Shown here in pieces: positions 1 through 8,949 of a stretch of 14,102 nt of DNA. The notes beneath the pieces were generated by a model. That model made no database searches. It was not told where the DNA came from and saw only the letters and a program-made list of their open reading frames with translations. The stretch is taken from contig NW_021825930.1 in NCBI RefSeq assembly GCF_006345805.1, positions 1-14,102 on the forward strand. Direction: 5' to 3'. Source of the stretch: Octopus sinensis. Lineage: Eukaryota. Every line of letters starts with the position of its first letter. The stretch's first letter is position 1. The position numbers were made by a program, and so were the translations under genes.

Positions 1-170
1 AGAGAAAAGAGGCAAAGAATGAGAGTAAGTGATACAGAGAGTACGTGGGGAATGTATTACCAGAGAGAGAGAGAGAGAGAAGACAGACGGGGAGAGAGAG
101 AGAGAGGATGGAAATAGAGAGAATGATTGTCAAAGAGAGAGAATTGTGGAGTGAGAATAACAACAGAAAG
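1..170. repeat. (GA)n-rich purine low-complexity tract
   Basis: (GA)n runs at about 62-80 and 93-107 in purine-rich sequence; accounts for the ERERER ORF. Confidence 0.85.
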
Positions 171-360
171 AGAAGTAGAAATAGATTCCGAGTGTTGGCC
201 ACTCAGGTAATTGTAAGGTTGACAAGAATGAATCTGTTAAGTTTATCGAGTGTAGTTTGTGTTTAATGGACGGCAAGGTGTTGTTTAAATAGGGGAAGAT
301 GTAGATAAAAGAGTGTGGAATGGTAGGGGAGTGCTAAGTTTTGGGTGCTTGGTGGGTAGT

Positions 361-713
361 GGTTATGGTGGTAGTGATGACAGTGGTGGTGGTGGTGGTG
401 GTGGTGGTGTGGTGGTGGTGATGGTGGTAGTGATGGTGGTGGTGGTGGTGGTAGTGGTGGTGGTAGTGATTGTGGTGGTGGTGGTGGTGGTGGTGGTGAT
501 GGTGGTGGTTTTGATGATGTTGGTGGTATTGGTGGTGGTGGTGGTGGTTGTGGTGGTGGTGGTGGTTGTGGTGGTGGTGGTGGTGGTGGTGGTGATGTTG
601 GTGATGGTAGTGATGGTGGGGTGGGGTGGGGTGGTAGGGGTGGTGGTGGTGTTAGTGATGGTAATTGTGGAAGCGATAGTAAGGGTGGCGATAGAGATGG
701 TGGCAGCGGCGGC

Positions 714-762
<49 letters not shown>
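361..762. repeat. Compound trinucleotide microsatellite: degenerate (GGT)n changing to pure (GTA)n
   Basis: About 350 bp of GGT/GAT/GTT triplets followed by perfect (GTA)n at about 715-762; produces the poly-Val (+) and poly-Thr (-) ORFs. Confidence 0.95.
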
Positions 763-1461
763 ATGATAATAGGGGAGGTGGTAGGTAATTGTAGTGGGAG
801 TAACTGGCGATAGTGGTGGTAAAAGTACCAGTGGTGGTTGATTACTGTAGTAGGGGTGACTGCAGGTGGTTGTGGTGATGGCAACGGTGGCAGCTGGAGT
901 TAGTAGTTGTAAAAGTAGTTGCGATGATGACGGTGTTGGTGGAGGCTGTGAAGACCTATGGCAGCTCTGAGCAACCTGACATTCCTATGGCATGCTGCTA
1001 ACTTGATAGAAAATCTACTAAATGCCACTGACGAAAGTATGCTTTAACACTGGAGGCCCCACCACCAAGGCGCACTGAAAAAATAAATTTTAAAATCAAA
1101 TTTTTTTTTATTGACTATCGCAATACGCAGAATATTTTATATTGAAAAATTAACACTTCCATCTGTGCGTCTTCCCTGCACTTGTCTAAGTCAGCTATAC
1201 TAATTTTTATTTTCGGACAATGGCAAATAAATCCAAAGAATCACAATCTGATCTCGGTGGTGCTGATTCCCCCCTTAACTCTCCCTCGCTACCCCGCCCA
1301 CTATTCCTGAGAGGATCATGGGAATAGAATGAATCTTTCATTAGCTGATTACACAGCCATGAACACCGCCCCTATGGATATGTTGCAATTACTTTCTTGA
1401 ACGAGCGTAGTGATCCTGACTGTTGATCTCGGATTCCACCGTTCAGCATCAATGTAAGAAT

Positions 1462-1799
1462 CACCATCGACCCTATCATATCACTGACTCCTTCACCTGC
1501 ACTTCTAGCAACGTCATTTACTGTATCACCTGCTCTCTCTGTCCTTTTCTGTACATCGGTCAAACGGGACGCCGCTTCGCTGACCGGTTTGCGGAACACC
1601 TGCAAGATATCATACTCGGCAACGACATCCCTGTTTCGTGCCATTTCCGCCTACGAGTCATTCTTTACAACCCATGTCTGTGTTCTGATTGTCCTTGCAC
1701 AGGGGCCATCCGGACATCCGTCTTTGTTGTGAACAGGAATTAATCTCTCTCCGCTCTTTTACGTCACCTGAGCTCCACTCCCCTCCCCTCTTCATATAA
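1462..1799 (+). pseudogene. GIY-YIG endonuclease domain of a Penelope-like retroelement (5'-truncated, frameshifted, internal stop)
   Basis: Translation FTCTSSNVIYCITCSLCPFLYIGQTGRRFADRFAEHL..PVSCHF has the PLE pattern (CxSxNVIY, CxxC, YIGQT, RFxEH, HF). After a 1-nt frameshift near 1650 it continues SHSLQPMSVF*LSLHRGHPDIRLCCEQELISLRSFTSPELHSPPLFI*, with TGA at 1686-1688 and TAA at 1797-1799. This matches the E..LI..L....P.GLN C-terminus. Confidence 0.88.
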
Positions 1800-2372
1800 C
1801 TCCCCTCCTCCATCCTCTCTTCCTCTCATACATACTTCCTCTCTTCATTCCCATCCATCTCTTCCCTCTTACCCACCTTCTCCTCTCCATCCTCTCCCTT
1901 CATCGTCACTCCCTCCATCGTTACCCCACCCCTACACATACCAACACCACCATCCCTATACATCCCTATCATTCCACTTCCAAATACCCCATCCCAATTC
2001 TCACACACGACTCCACCCTTGCATCTCCCACCCTCGGATGCCTCACCTTCGCATCCCTACACCCCGACACCACCACACCACACCAACCACACCACACCAC
2101 ACCATACACCACACCGCACACACTAGCACTGACCACTTCCAGTACCCACACTATCATCCACACACCTACGCATGCACACACTCACACGTCAAGGTCACCA
2201 ACCCCTAACCACACGCACACACACACTCTCACATATACGCACGCGCACTACTTTATTATCTCCCCTTCTTCCAGCTTTCCTGTCTGACCACCTAAGTTCG
2301 GCCATCGCCATGATTGACTGCTAGCTACTAAAGCTTTCTTTTTATTCTCTCTCTGTTTATTTTCTCATGTTC

Positions 2373-2408
2373 CTTTCTGTCGAAGAGCGTAGGCTCGAAA
2401 CGTAAAAG
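2373..2408 (+). ncRNA. Minimal type-I hammerhead-ribozyme-like motif with a non-canonical core
   Basis: cttt-CTGTCGA-A-GAGC(gtag)GCTC-GAAA-CG-TA-aaag. Stem I is cttt/aaag, stem II is a perfect GAGC/GCTC, followed by the GAAA box, a palindromic ACGT stem III and a GUA cleavage triplet. It lies at the 3' end of a PLE, where minimal hammerheads are known to occur. Confidence 0.55.
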
Positions 2409-2515
2409 ACTTTCTCTCCTTCGAGAGCGTTAAACTAATACACCCGTTTGTTGTTTACATACCTGTCTTCGTCTTTTGTTTTTGTTTTTTTTTTTCTAAA
2501 TTCCTACTATATATA

Positions 2516-2810
2516 ACACCATGACCAGCCAGGCTATCAGATGTTGCTACACGTCGCTGGTCATAATGTACTTAGCATAGTTTTAGCCTTCAAATGACGC
2601 CACCCCACTGGCTAAGCGAGCAGGCCAACAGAAGAAAGAGTGAGAGAAAGTTGTGGCGAAAGAGTACAGCAGGGATCGCCACCACCACCACCCTGCCGGA
2701 GCCTCGTGGAGCTTTAGGTGTCTTCACTCAATAAACACTCACAACGCCCGGTCTGGGAATAGAAACCGCAATCCTACGACAGCGAGTCCGCTGCCCTAAC
2801 AACTGGGCCA
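2516..2810 (-). mobile_element. tRNA-derived SINE (family B)
   Basis: The minus strand begins TGGCCCAGTTGTTAGGGCAGCGGACTCGCTGTCGTAGGATTGCGGTTTCTATTCCCAGACCGGGCG, an A box plus B box in a tRNA-like head, followed by about 230 bp of unique body. It is flanked by TA runs on both sides. Confidence 0.8.
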
Positions 2811-3275
2811 TATATATATGTATATATATATTCGTTTTATTTTATTTACTGATTGATTTTTCAAATTGTTAATTTTCAAATGTTATACTAATGTGTTTTC
2901 ATGAAGAGCTACACTTTATCAGAAAATTCCCTCCTAAAATGAATTTTTGGAACGGGTATATTCTAAATATAACTCAAAGAGGAGAAAATAGAAAGAAAGG
3001 AGAAAAAACTAAGGAAAAAGGAAAAAAGAGGGGAATGACAAAACCATACCTATTTTATTTTTTAAACAACCCCCCCACAAAAAAAAATAAATAGAAACAT
3101 CTGCTTTATATAAATGAACAAGCTGTTTGTACATTCACAAAATTATATTTGACAAGTTCTAGAGAGGAACGAAAGCGTTGATAATAATGAAGAAATAAAA
3201 GGATTTTTTTTCCAAAATTCTGATGAATTTTTTTCTCAATATTCAATCACACCTAAAATTCTAATCATGCATACA

Positions 3276-3278
<3 letters not shown>

Positions 3279-3341
<63 letters not shown>
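3279..3341. repeat. Perfect (AT)n microsatellite
   Basis: Uninterrupted AT dinucleotides over about 62 bp. Confidence 0.97.
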
Positions 3342-3344
<3 letters not shown>

Positions 3345-3548
3345 GGGTTTGTATAATTGTGTATAGAGGGATATATATTATTCAAAGAAATTCCAACTCT
3401 GTCTTTTTGTTTTATTTATATTCTTTATAGTATTGATGTAGAATATATAATATATAGTATAAATAACATATATATAGTAAAATGAAATGAAGTATGATTG
3501 TCTTATTGAATAGATGAAATGTTGAATATAAAATATTAAAGGACTCAA

Positions 3549-3602
3549 TATGTATATATATACATATATTATATACATATATATATATATATATCTATAT
3601 AT

Positions 3603-3657
<55 letters not shown>

Positions 3658-3770
3658 TTATATAGAAATCGGTATGTGTGTGTTTGTATGTGTATATATT
3701 TATGTATGTATACATGCAGTATGTGTGTGTGTGTCGGTGTATGCGTTTGGCGTATGCATAAATATCTGTA
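3549..3770. repeat. Compound (TA)n/(TG)n microsatellite
   Basis: Degenerate TA run followed by TG/TATG runs. Confidence 0.9.
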
Positions 3771-3987
3771 TGGTTGCACGGTTTTTAGTCCCTGTGTATA
3801 ATAATTTAGATTCCTTCACCCAGAATTGAGTGCATTATCAGTAAATAATTGTCTTCTTTATCAGTTAACGCTACAATATTAAGACATACAGGCAAACCCA
3901 CAGACATACATGCGCATACACACATATACATATATATATAAAAGAACGATCCTATTTCTAAAACTAATAACGTTGGTGGCCGCGAGC

Positions 3988-4021
3988 ATATATATATATA
4001 TATATATTATATATTATATAT

Positions 4022-4054
<33 letters not shown>

Positions 4055-4106
4055 TATATATTATATATATATATAATATATATATATATATATCTATATA
4101 TATATA

Positions 4107-4173
<67 letters not shown>

Positions 4174-4320
4174 GTAAGTTTGAATATGCATATATATATA
4201 TGTGTGTGTGTATGTGTGTGCATATTTATATATATGTGTGTGCGTGTGTATATGTATATATGTGTGTGTATGTATATATGTATGCATGTATGTATATTTG
4301 TGTATGTGTTTGTGTGTGTC
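3988..4320. repeat. Compound (TA)n/(TG)n microsatellite
   Basis: Alternating TA and TG tracts; source of the [12 protein letters not shown] ORFs. Confidence 0.92.
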
Positions 4321-4650
4321 TAATTTTTTTTACTGTTGACCGTAACTAAGTGTATCGTTCCATTGGTCGAACAACGGCGATTCCTTCGCCACATAGAGTA
4401 ATAAAAAAATTTTTATGGTTGGCATCTACTTGAAAAAAAAAAGGGTGAGCTGATAGCAGGAAGGTATAAAGAAAAGTGATATAAGGACCATATGGGAGAG
4501 CGATATAGAGAGACGCAGATAGCATATATATAAAACTCCACCCCGTCATATGCGCCCCTACTTAACTTTCTTGAATCAGATCTTTGCGGTGTAAAATTTT
4601 GAAACAACAGTACACACATTAGCACACGCACACAGAAACATATATCTATA

Positions 4651-5053
4651 GGCGCAGGAGTGGCTGTGTGGTAAGTAGCTTGCTAACCAGCCACATGGTT
4701 CCGGGTTCAGTCCCACTGCGTGGCACACTGAGCAAGTGTCTTCTACTATAGCCTCGGGCCTACCAAAACCTTGTGGGTGGATTTGGTGGACTAAAACTGA
4801 AAGACGCCCGTCGTGTATATGTATATATATGTATGTGTGTGTGTACATGCTTGTGTGTTTGTGCTTATCCCCCCAACGTCGCTCGACAGCCGATGGTGGT
4901 ATATTTACGTCCCCGCAACTTAGCAGTTCGGCAAAAGAGCCCGAAAGTATAAGTGTTAGGCTTACAAAGTCCTGGGGTCGATTTGCTCGACTAAAGGCGG
5001 TGCTCCAGCATGGCTGCAGTCAAATGACTGAAAAAATTAAATTAATAAATGAG
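4651..5053 (+). mobile_element. tRNA-derived SINE (family A), full length, copy 1
   Basis: GGCGCAGGAGTGGCTGTGTGGTAAG (A box) ... GGGTTCAGTCCC (B-box-like), an internal TA/TG microsatellite, and a 3' end GGGGTCGATTTGCTCGACTAAAGGCGGTGCTCCAGCATGG..CAGTCAAATGACTGAAA. It is colinear with the copy at 12467-12912. Confidence 0.92.
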
Positions 5054-5474
5054 TATATATATATAATATATATATATATATAAGATAGATAGATGGATTG
5101 ATAGATAGATAGATATAATGTGTATATATACATATATATGAGCTTGTGAGAGGAGAGAGGAGAGAGGAAGAGAGAGAGAGAAACAACAGGCAAACTAAGG
5201 GTGACTGGTAGACGCGTGTGTGCCAGTGAATAAATGTGTGTGTGTGAGTGTGTCCATGTATAGCTCTACAGTGGATCAATGCAGATCAACTTACGAAGCA
5301 ACTATAATTAATATGTACAGCATCCACAACGAAACTTAAGGTCATCGGTGCTATGATTTTACGCCTATGTCAATTTAAAAAATGTCAGAAATAGTCCTCA
5401 AGTATACCACATGAAGAAAATAATGAATATGTAATATATAGAATCACACACTTGTATACGATATATATATATAA

Positions 5475-5600
5475 TCAAGATTAATCAGCCGAAATCGCGA
5501 GGATGATCCGGTTCTTGACTGAAGATAAAAGACTTCGAATGACCCGTGCTTTTTTTTTTGTATTGTCTATCTGATTTTTGTTGTCCCCTTTTGTATCACC
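5475..5600 (+). repeat. Interspersed repeat, family X, copy 1 (structured motif plus CTGAAGA)
   Basis: Shares tcaag..taa....ccgaaat.g...cttgactgaaga.aa...gaatgacccgt and a T-rich tail with the minus strand of 11873-12045. Confidence 0.65.
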
Positions 5601-5755
5601 TAGTTGTCCGAACTAAGTTTGATTTGAAAACCCCACTAGAATGGGAGAAAGCGCTAATGATCTAAGTGATGATATATATATATAAAATGTAATATACAAA
5701 TAAGTATCTGTAAATATAAACCATCCGATCTTCTGAGTACCTCATTTCTTCTAAG

Positions 5756-5794
5756 ATATATATATATATATATATAATATATATATATATATAT

Positions 5795-5825
<31 letters not shown>

Positions 5826-5895
5826 ATATATAAGTAGGTGAATGAATTATCCTATGTTTATCGTCAGCATGTTTATCGTTCGACCCCATTCTTTC

Positions 5896-5929
<34 letters not shown>

Positions 5930-6200
5930 GCATGTATGTACGTATGTATGTATGTATATATACTTACACACATATATAGAGACATACTTACACAGACACA
6001 CATATTTGTATACATACATATACGTTCATTTTTATATGGATACGTATGTATAAGTATGCATATGTTAATGTATACATATTTGTGCTGACGTCTGTGTGTG
6101 TATATGTATGCCTCCAAGCGTTTGTGTTCTTGTCTATGCGTCTGTATGCGCATGTGTGTGTGTGTGTGCGTGTGTGTGTGTACTCGTGCGCGTGTATATA
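5756..6200. repeat. (TA)n, (TATG)n, (CA)n and (TG)n microsatellite cluster
   Basis: Several simple-repeat runs separated by short spacers. Confidence 0.88.
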
Positions 6201-6320
6201 AAATGGGTGGTGATGAAGAATACTTGAACCATGGAACATTTGCGCAGTCATGTTGTGCACGCAACCATATTGAGGTCGATTCGCTTACACTTTTTCTCGC
6301 TCTCTAATGACTACTACATT

Positions 6321-6345
6321 TTATATGTATATATATACGCACAAT

Positions 6346-6405
<60 letters not shown>

Positions 6406-6500
6406 ACATACACACACACACACACACACACATACACACACATATATATACACATGTATACATATATACATACATATATACATGCAAACACATACACTAA
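6321..6500. repeat. (TA)n(CA)n compound microsatellite
   Basis: Read directly from the sequence. Confidence 0.92.
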
Positions 6501-7111
6501 CATTGCACACACCATTATTTTCTCATTCTGTCGCCAAGAATCCAACTTTTTTTGTGTTATTTCTTTCATTTCATAACTACATTATTTCTACGAGAAAACG
6601 AGGGTCCCTCAACGTAGTCGTTAGAAATGCTAGAAATAGCACCCAGAATTCTTTCTGTTCTTGGTTTGTTGTATTAAAATGTAAAGACCCCATTGTGTAA
6701 GGTAATTGTAAGTATACTATGCTTGAAATAAAATAAAAAGAAATAAAACAAGATATGAGCGGAATTGACTTTTAGAACTAAGATCTGAAGCAGAGTTGAG
6801 TTGAGATCTTTGTGGTTATCGTCACAGTTTTGTTCCACTTGGTCTCAAATTGGGTTTATGGGTTAAGTTTTGTATACTAATTATGAAAATCAAATTCCTT
6901 TTTCCTATAAATTCATAATTAAAAAGTTATTAGCCTTCAAAATTTGCAAAATTCGGGTATTTTAGCCAATCAGAAGAGAGTGTTTTACACATCAGCGTGA
7001 AATTCTGTTAATATATCAAGCAAAGAAGCACCAGGTGTTCCATTGCTGATTGCGAAGAACTCTGTTTCCAAAGTAGCCAAAGATGTTACGCGTGCCCACA
7101 AGGAGTGTAAC

Positions 7112-7224
7112 CACCAAATTGAGAATACTTGGGCATCTTTAAAGCGTGGAAACAAACGCCGGTGTGGAACACACCGTTCCATGGTTGGCTCTTATCTTAT
7201 GAATTTATGTGGAAAAGGAGATAA
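7112..7224 (+). pseudogene. C-terminal fragment of a Merlin/ISXO2-like DDE transposase
   Basis: HQIENTWASLKRGNKRRCGTHRSMVGSYL, then a 1-nt frameshift, then EFMWKRR* (TAA 7222-7224). This matches the family pattern (T/N)xIExxWxxxK...G......xYLxEFxWR. Confidence 0.8.
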
Positions 7225-7264
7225 GAGAAAACTTAGTTTTTTAACTAATAAATGTGTTTTAAGC

Positions 7265-7480
7265 AATGTTTTGACTATAATTTCTAGTAACTCTTGTTGG
7301 TTTGCTCGTAGCTTTTAAATATCTAATTTGCTTGCGAATGTTTTAATGTTTTTCTCTGTTTACTTTGCTTGTGTATATTCTAATGTTTTGACTGCTATTT
7401 CTAGCAACTCCTGTTGATTTGTTCGTAGCTTTTGAATATTAAATTTGCTCCCGAATCTTTTAGTGTTTTTCACTTTTTAC
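7265..7480 (+). repeat. Diverged tandem duplication, 117-bp period, about 1.85 copies, inside the Merlin element
   Basis: AATGTTTTGACT...ATTTCTAG.AACTC.TGTTG.TTTG.TCGTAGCTTTT.AATAT..AATTTGCT starts at both 7265 and 7382. Confidence 0.9.
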
Positions 7481-8258
7481 TGCAGCTAGTTTAATGCTTC
7501 TTTCTCGCTATTGTGACAGATGATGGAAGAGGCAACGAACGCGCTGTTTTCTGATTGGCTGAAAATTCTGAAAATTATCAAACTCTGAACACCTGTAACA
7601 TTTTCTCTAAATTTTTCGGGAATAAATGAATAACAAATTCGGATTCAGCATCAAAAATTACATCTATAAGATACATTAAAACAATCTTTAAAGATTTCGA
7701 CATGCAGTGACGATAACCACAAAGGTTCGAGATTAAATTTAATAGTTTCAGTAAAGACGAAGCCAAACAGAAGGTTATATATGAGAAAGGGCTAGTGAAC
7801 TATTTGGAAGAGGTGAAGTGAGATGCTACCATGTGCTTGCAGCGTGAGTGACCATTGCTGCCTTTTTCAACGTTAAAGATGAAGGGTGCGTTTTTTTGCG
7901 TAGAGGCACATGCTCTGGCACACTAAGCCACAAAATTCGCAGAATAAGTCCGGTCAAAGGAATTAGCATATGCAAAAATTCACTTTTCGATCTCTGGCAG
8001 CTGCAGTAAGCTAGTGCTATAAATTCCAAGTGGATGTATATTGGTTGTCAGCATCTCTTTGCCAAACTGTTCGCTATGAACAACTGACTAGTGGCGGTTC
8101 AATGGTCTGCTGCAACACTTGACCAAAAACAGAGAATGCTGTACAAAAGAAAAAAAGAGAAAGAAAGTAAAACATACGATATAGTGGACGCGTTGAGCAT
8201 CCGAGCCTTGCACAGATGATGGAAACTTAATGTCTTCTCTGCAACATTTATCATAACA

Positions 8259-8476
8259 TGGCAGACTAAGGTATTTGCGCGTCGGACAAAATTGCATAGT
8301 GATATTTCTTCTGGCTCTTTAAGTTCTAAGTTCAAATGCCAACCAAGGTCGACTTGCCTTTCATCCTTTCTATGTGAATAAAATAAGTACCACTTGAACA
8401 CTGAGGTTGATGCCATCGACTTTATTCCCCGCCTCTCACAATTGCTGGCCATGTGCCGATATTAGAACGAATTATT
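8259..8476 (+). mobile_element. Degenerate tRNA-derived SINE (family C, Meta-domain-like core)
   Basis: TGGCAGA (A-box-like) ... AAGTTCAAATGCC (B-box-like), then GGTCGACTTGCCTTTCATCCTTTC..G.ATAAAATAAGTACC, which resembles the MetaSINE conserved domain as I recall it. It ends in an ATT-rich tail. Confidence 0.65.
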
Positions 8477-8949
8477 ACATGCTATTCTTTGTTATAACTG
8501 TCTTAGTAAATGTGTCTTGAAACTGGTAACCGACTGGGACCATTAGTTTATAGGAAGGAATAGGGGACAACATAACATTAGGCGCATATCTCTGTTCAGG
8601 ATACAGTTAAAGACATTAGTAAAGACACTTCACTAGAAGCTGTGACTTGTCTTTTGGTTGTATACTTGGAGATGCACAAACGTATGCGATTCTGGACATG
8701 TCTCCCCACTAAATCTTCTAAGTCATTAAATGTAGAGTAGATTAACCTAAAGCATACGTTAAGGTCAACTATCGTCACCAAGCGGATGATTGAAGCATTC
8801 TCGTCTTCAGAGACCCGATTGCTACAATGTATAATGTAATTGTTCAGTGGTCAAACTAAACAGTTAACAACAGGAATCGTTTCATAATGAGAATTACATC
8901 TGCTACGAATGTCACCTCTTGCTTCTCTTGTATGATTTGGTTCTAACTC

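Larger units (their letters stand above)
1462..2510 (+). mobile_element. Penelope-like element 3' fragment: endonuclease, C/CA-rich 3' UTR and terminal (pLTR-like) region
   Basis: GIY-YIG relic, then pyrimidine/CA-rich low-complexity sequence (1800-2250), a hammerhead-like motif (2373-2408) and a T-rich end running into TATATA at about 2508-2515. The boundaries are approximate. Confidence 0.72.
6808..7724 (+). mobile_element. Non-autonomous Merlin (IS1595/ISXO2-like) DNA transposon
   Basis: Perfect 18-bp TIR CTTTGTGGTTATCGTCAC (6808-6825) / GTGACGATAACCACAAAG (7707-7724). Degenerate inverted subterminal similarity includes AGCCAATCAGAA (6964-6973 region) / TTCTGATTGGCT (about 7549-7560). An internal transposase C-terminal relic is present. 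No clear TSD. Confidence 0.8.

Noticed and set aside
313-884. 166-aa poly-Val and 173-aa poly-Thr ORFs (membrane protein or mucin-like)
   Set aside because: Both are translations of the (GGT)n/(GTA)n microsatellite, with no domain content and no supported splice structure.
1028-1050. CTGACGA-AAG(tatg)CTT hammerhead-like start
   Set aside because: It is followed by TAAC rather than GAAA, and no stem I or stem III pairing could be found.
1220-1459. Short ORF MANKSKESQSDLGG... and a GTAAG donor-like site at 1454
   Set aside because: Only 35 codons, stops in all frames before the donor, and no recognisable homology; I cannot support an exon.
1372-1644. 90-aa minus-strand ORF
   Set aside because: Antisense shadow of the GIY-YIG relic.
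4651-4725. Functional tRNA gene (also at 2740-2810, 12467 and 14029)
   Set aside because: No complete cloverleaf, and each head (apart from the window-truncated one at 14029) runs into a SINE body; these are SINE heads.
4736-5083. 115-aa ORF
   Set aside because: Lies within a non-coding SINE and is not preserved in the second copy.
3378-6576. Numerous [12 protein letters not shown] ORFs
   Set aside because: Dinucleotide microsatellite artefacts; the same applies to the ORFs at 11599-11965 and 13145-13423.
6600-6807. Possible eroded interspersed repeat interrupted by the Merlin element (also 7730-8250)
   Set aside because: It looks repeat-like, but there is no second copy or diagnostic motif in the window, so I cannot support it without a search.
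7265-7480. CRISPR-like or other prokaryotic array or system
   Set aside because: It is a simple two-unit tandem duplication without spacers; the window is eukaryotic with no cas or operon-like genes.
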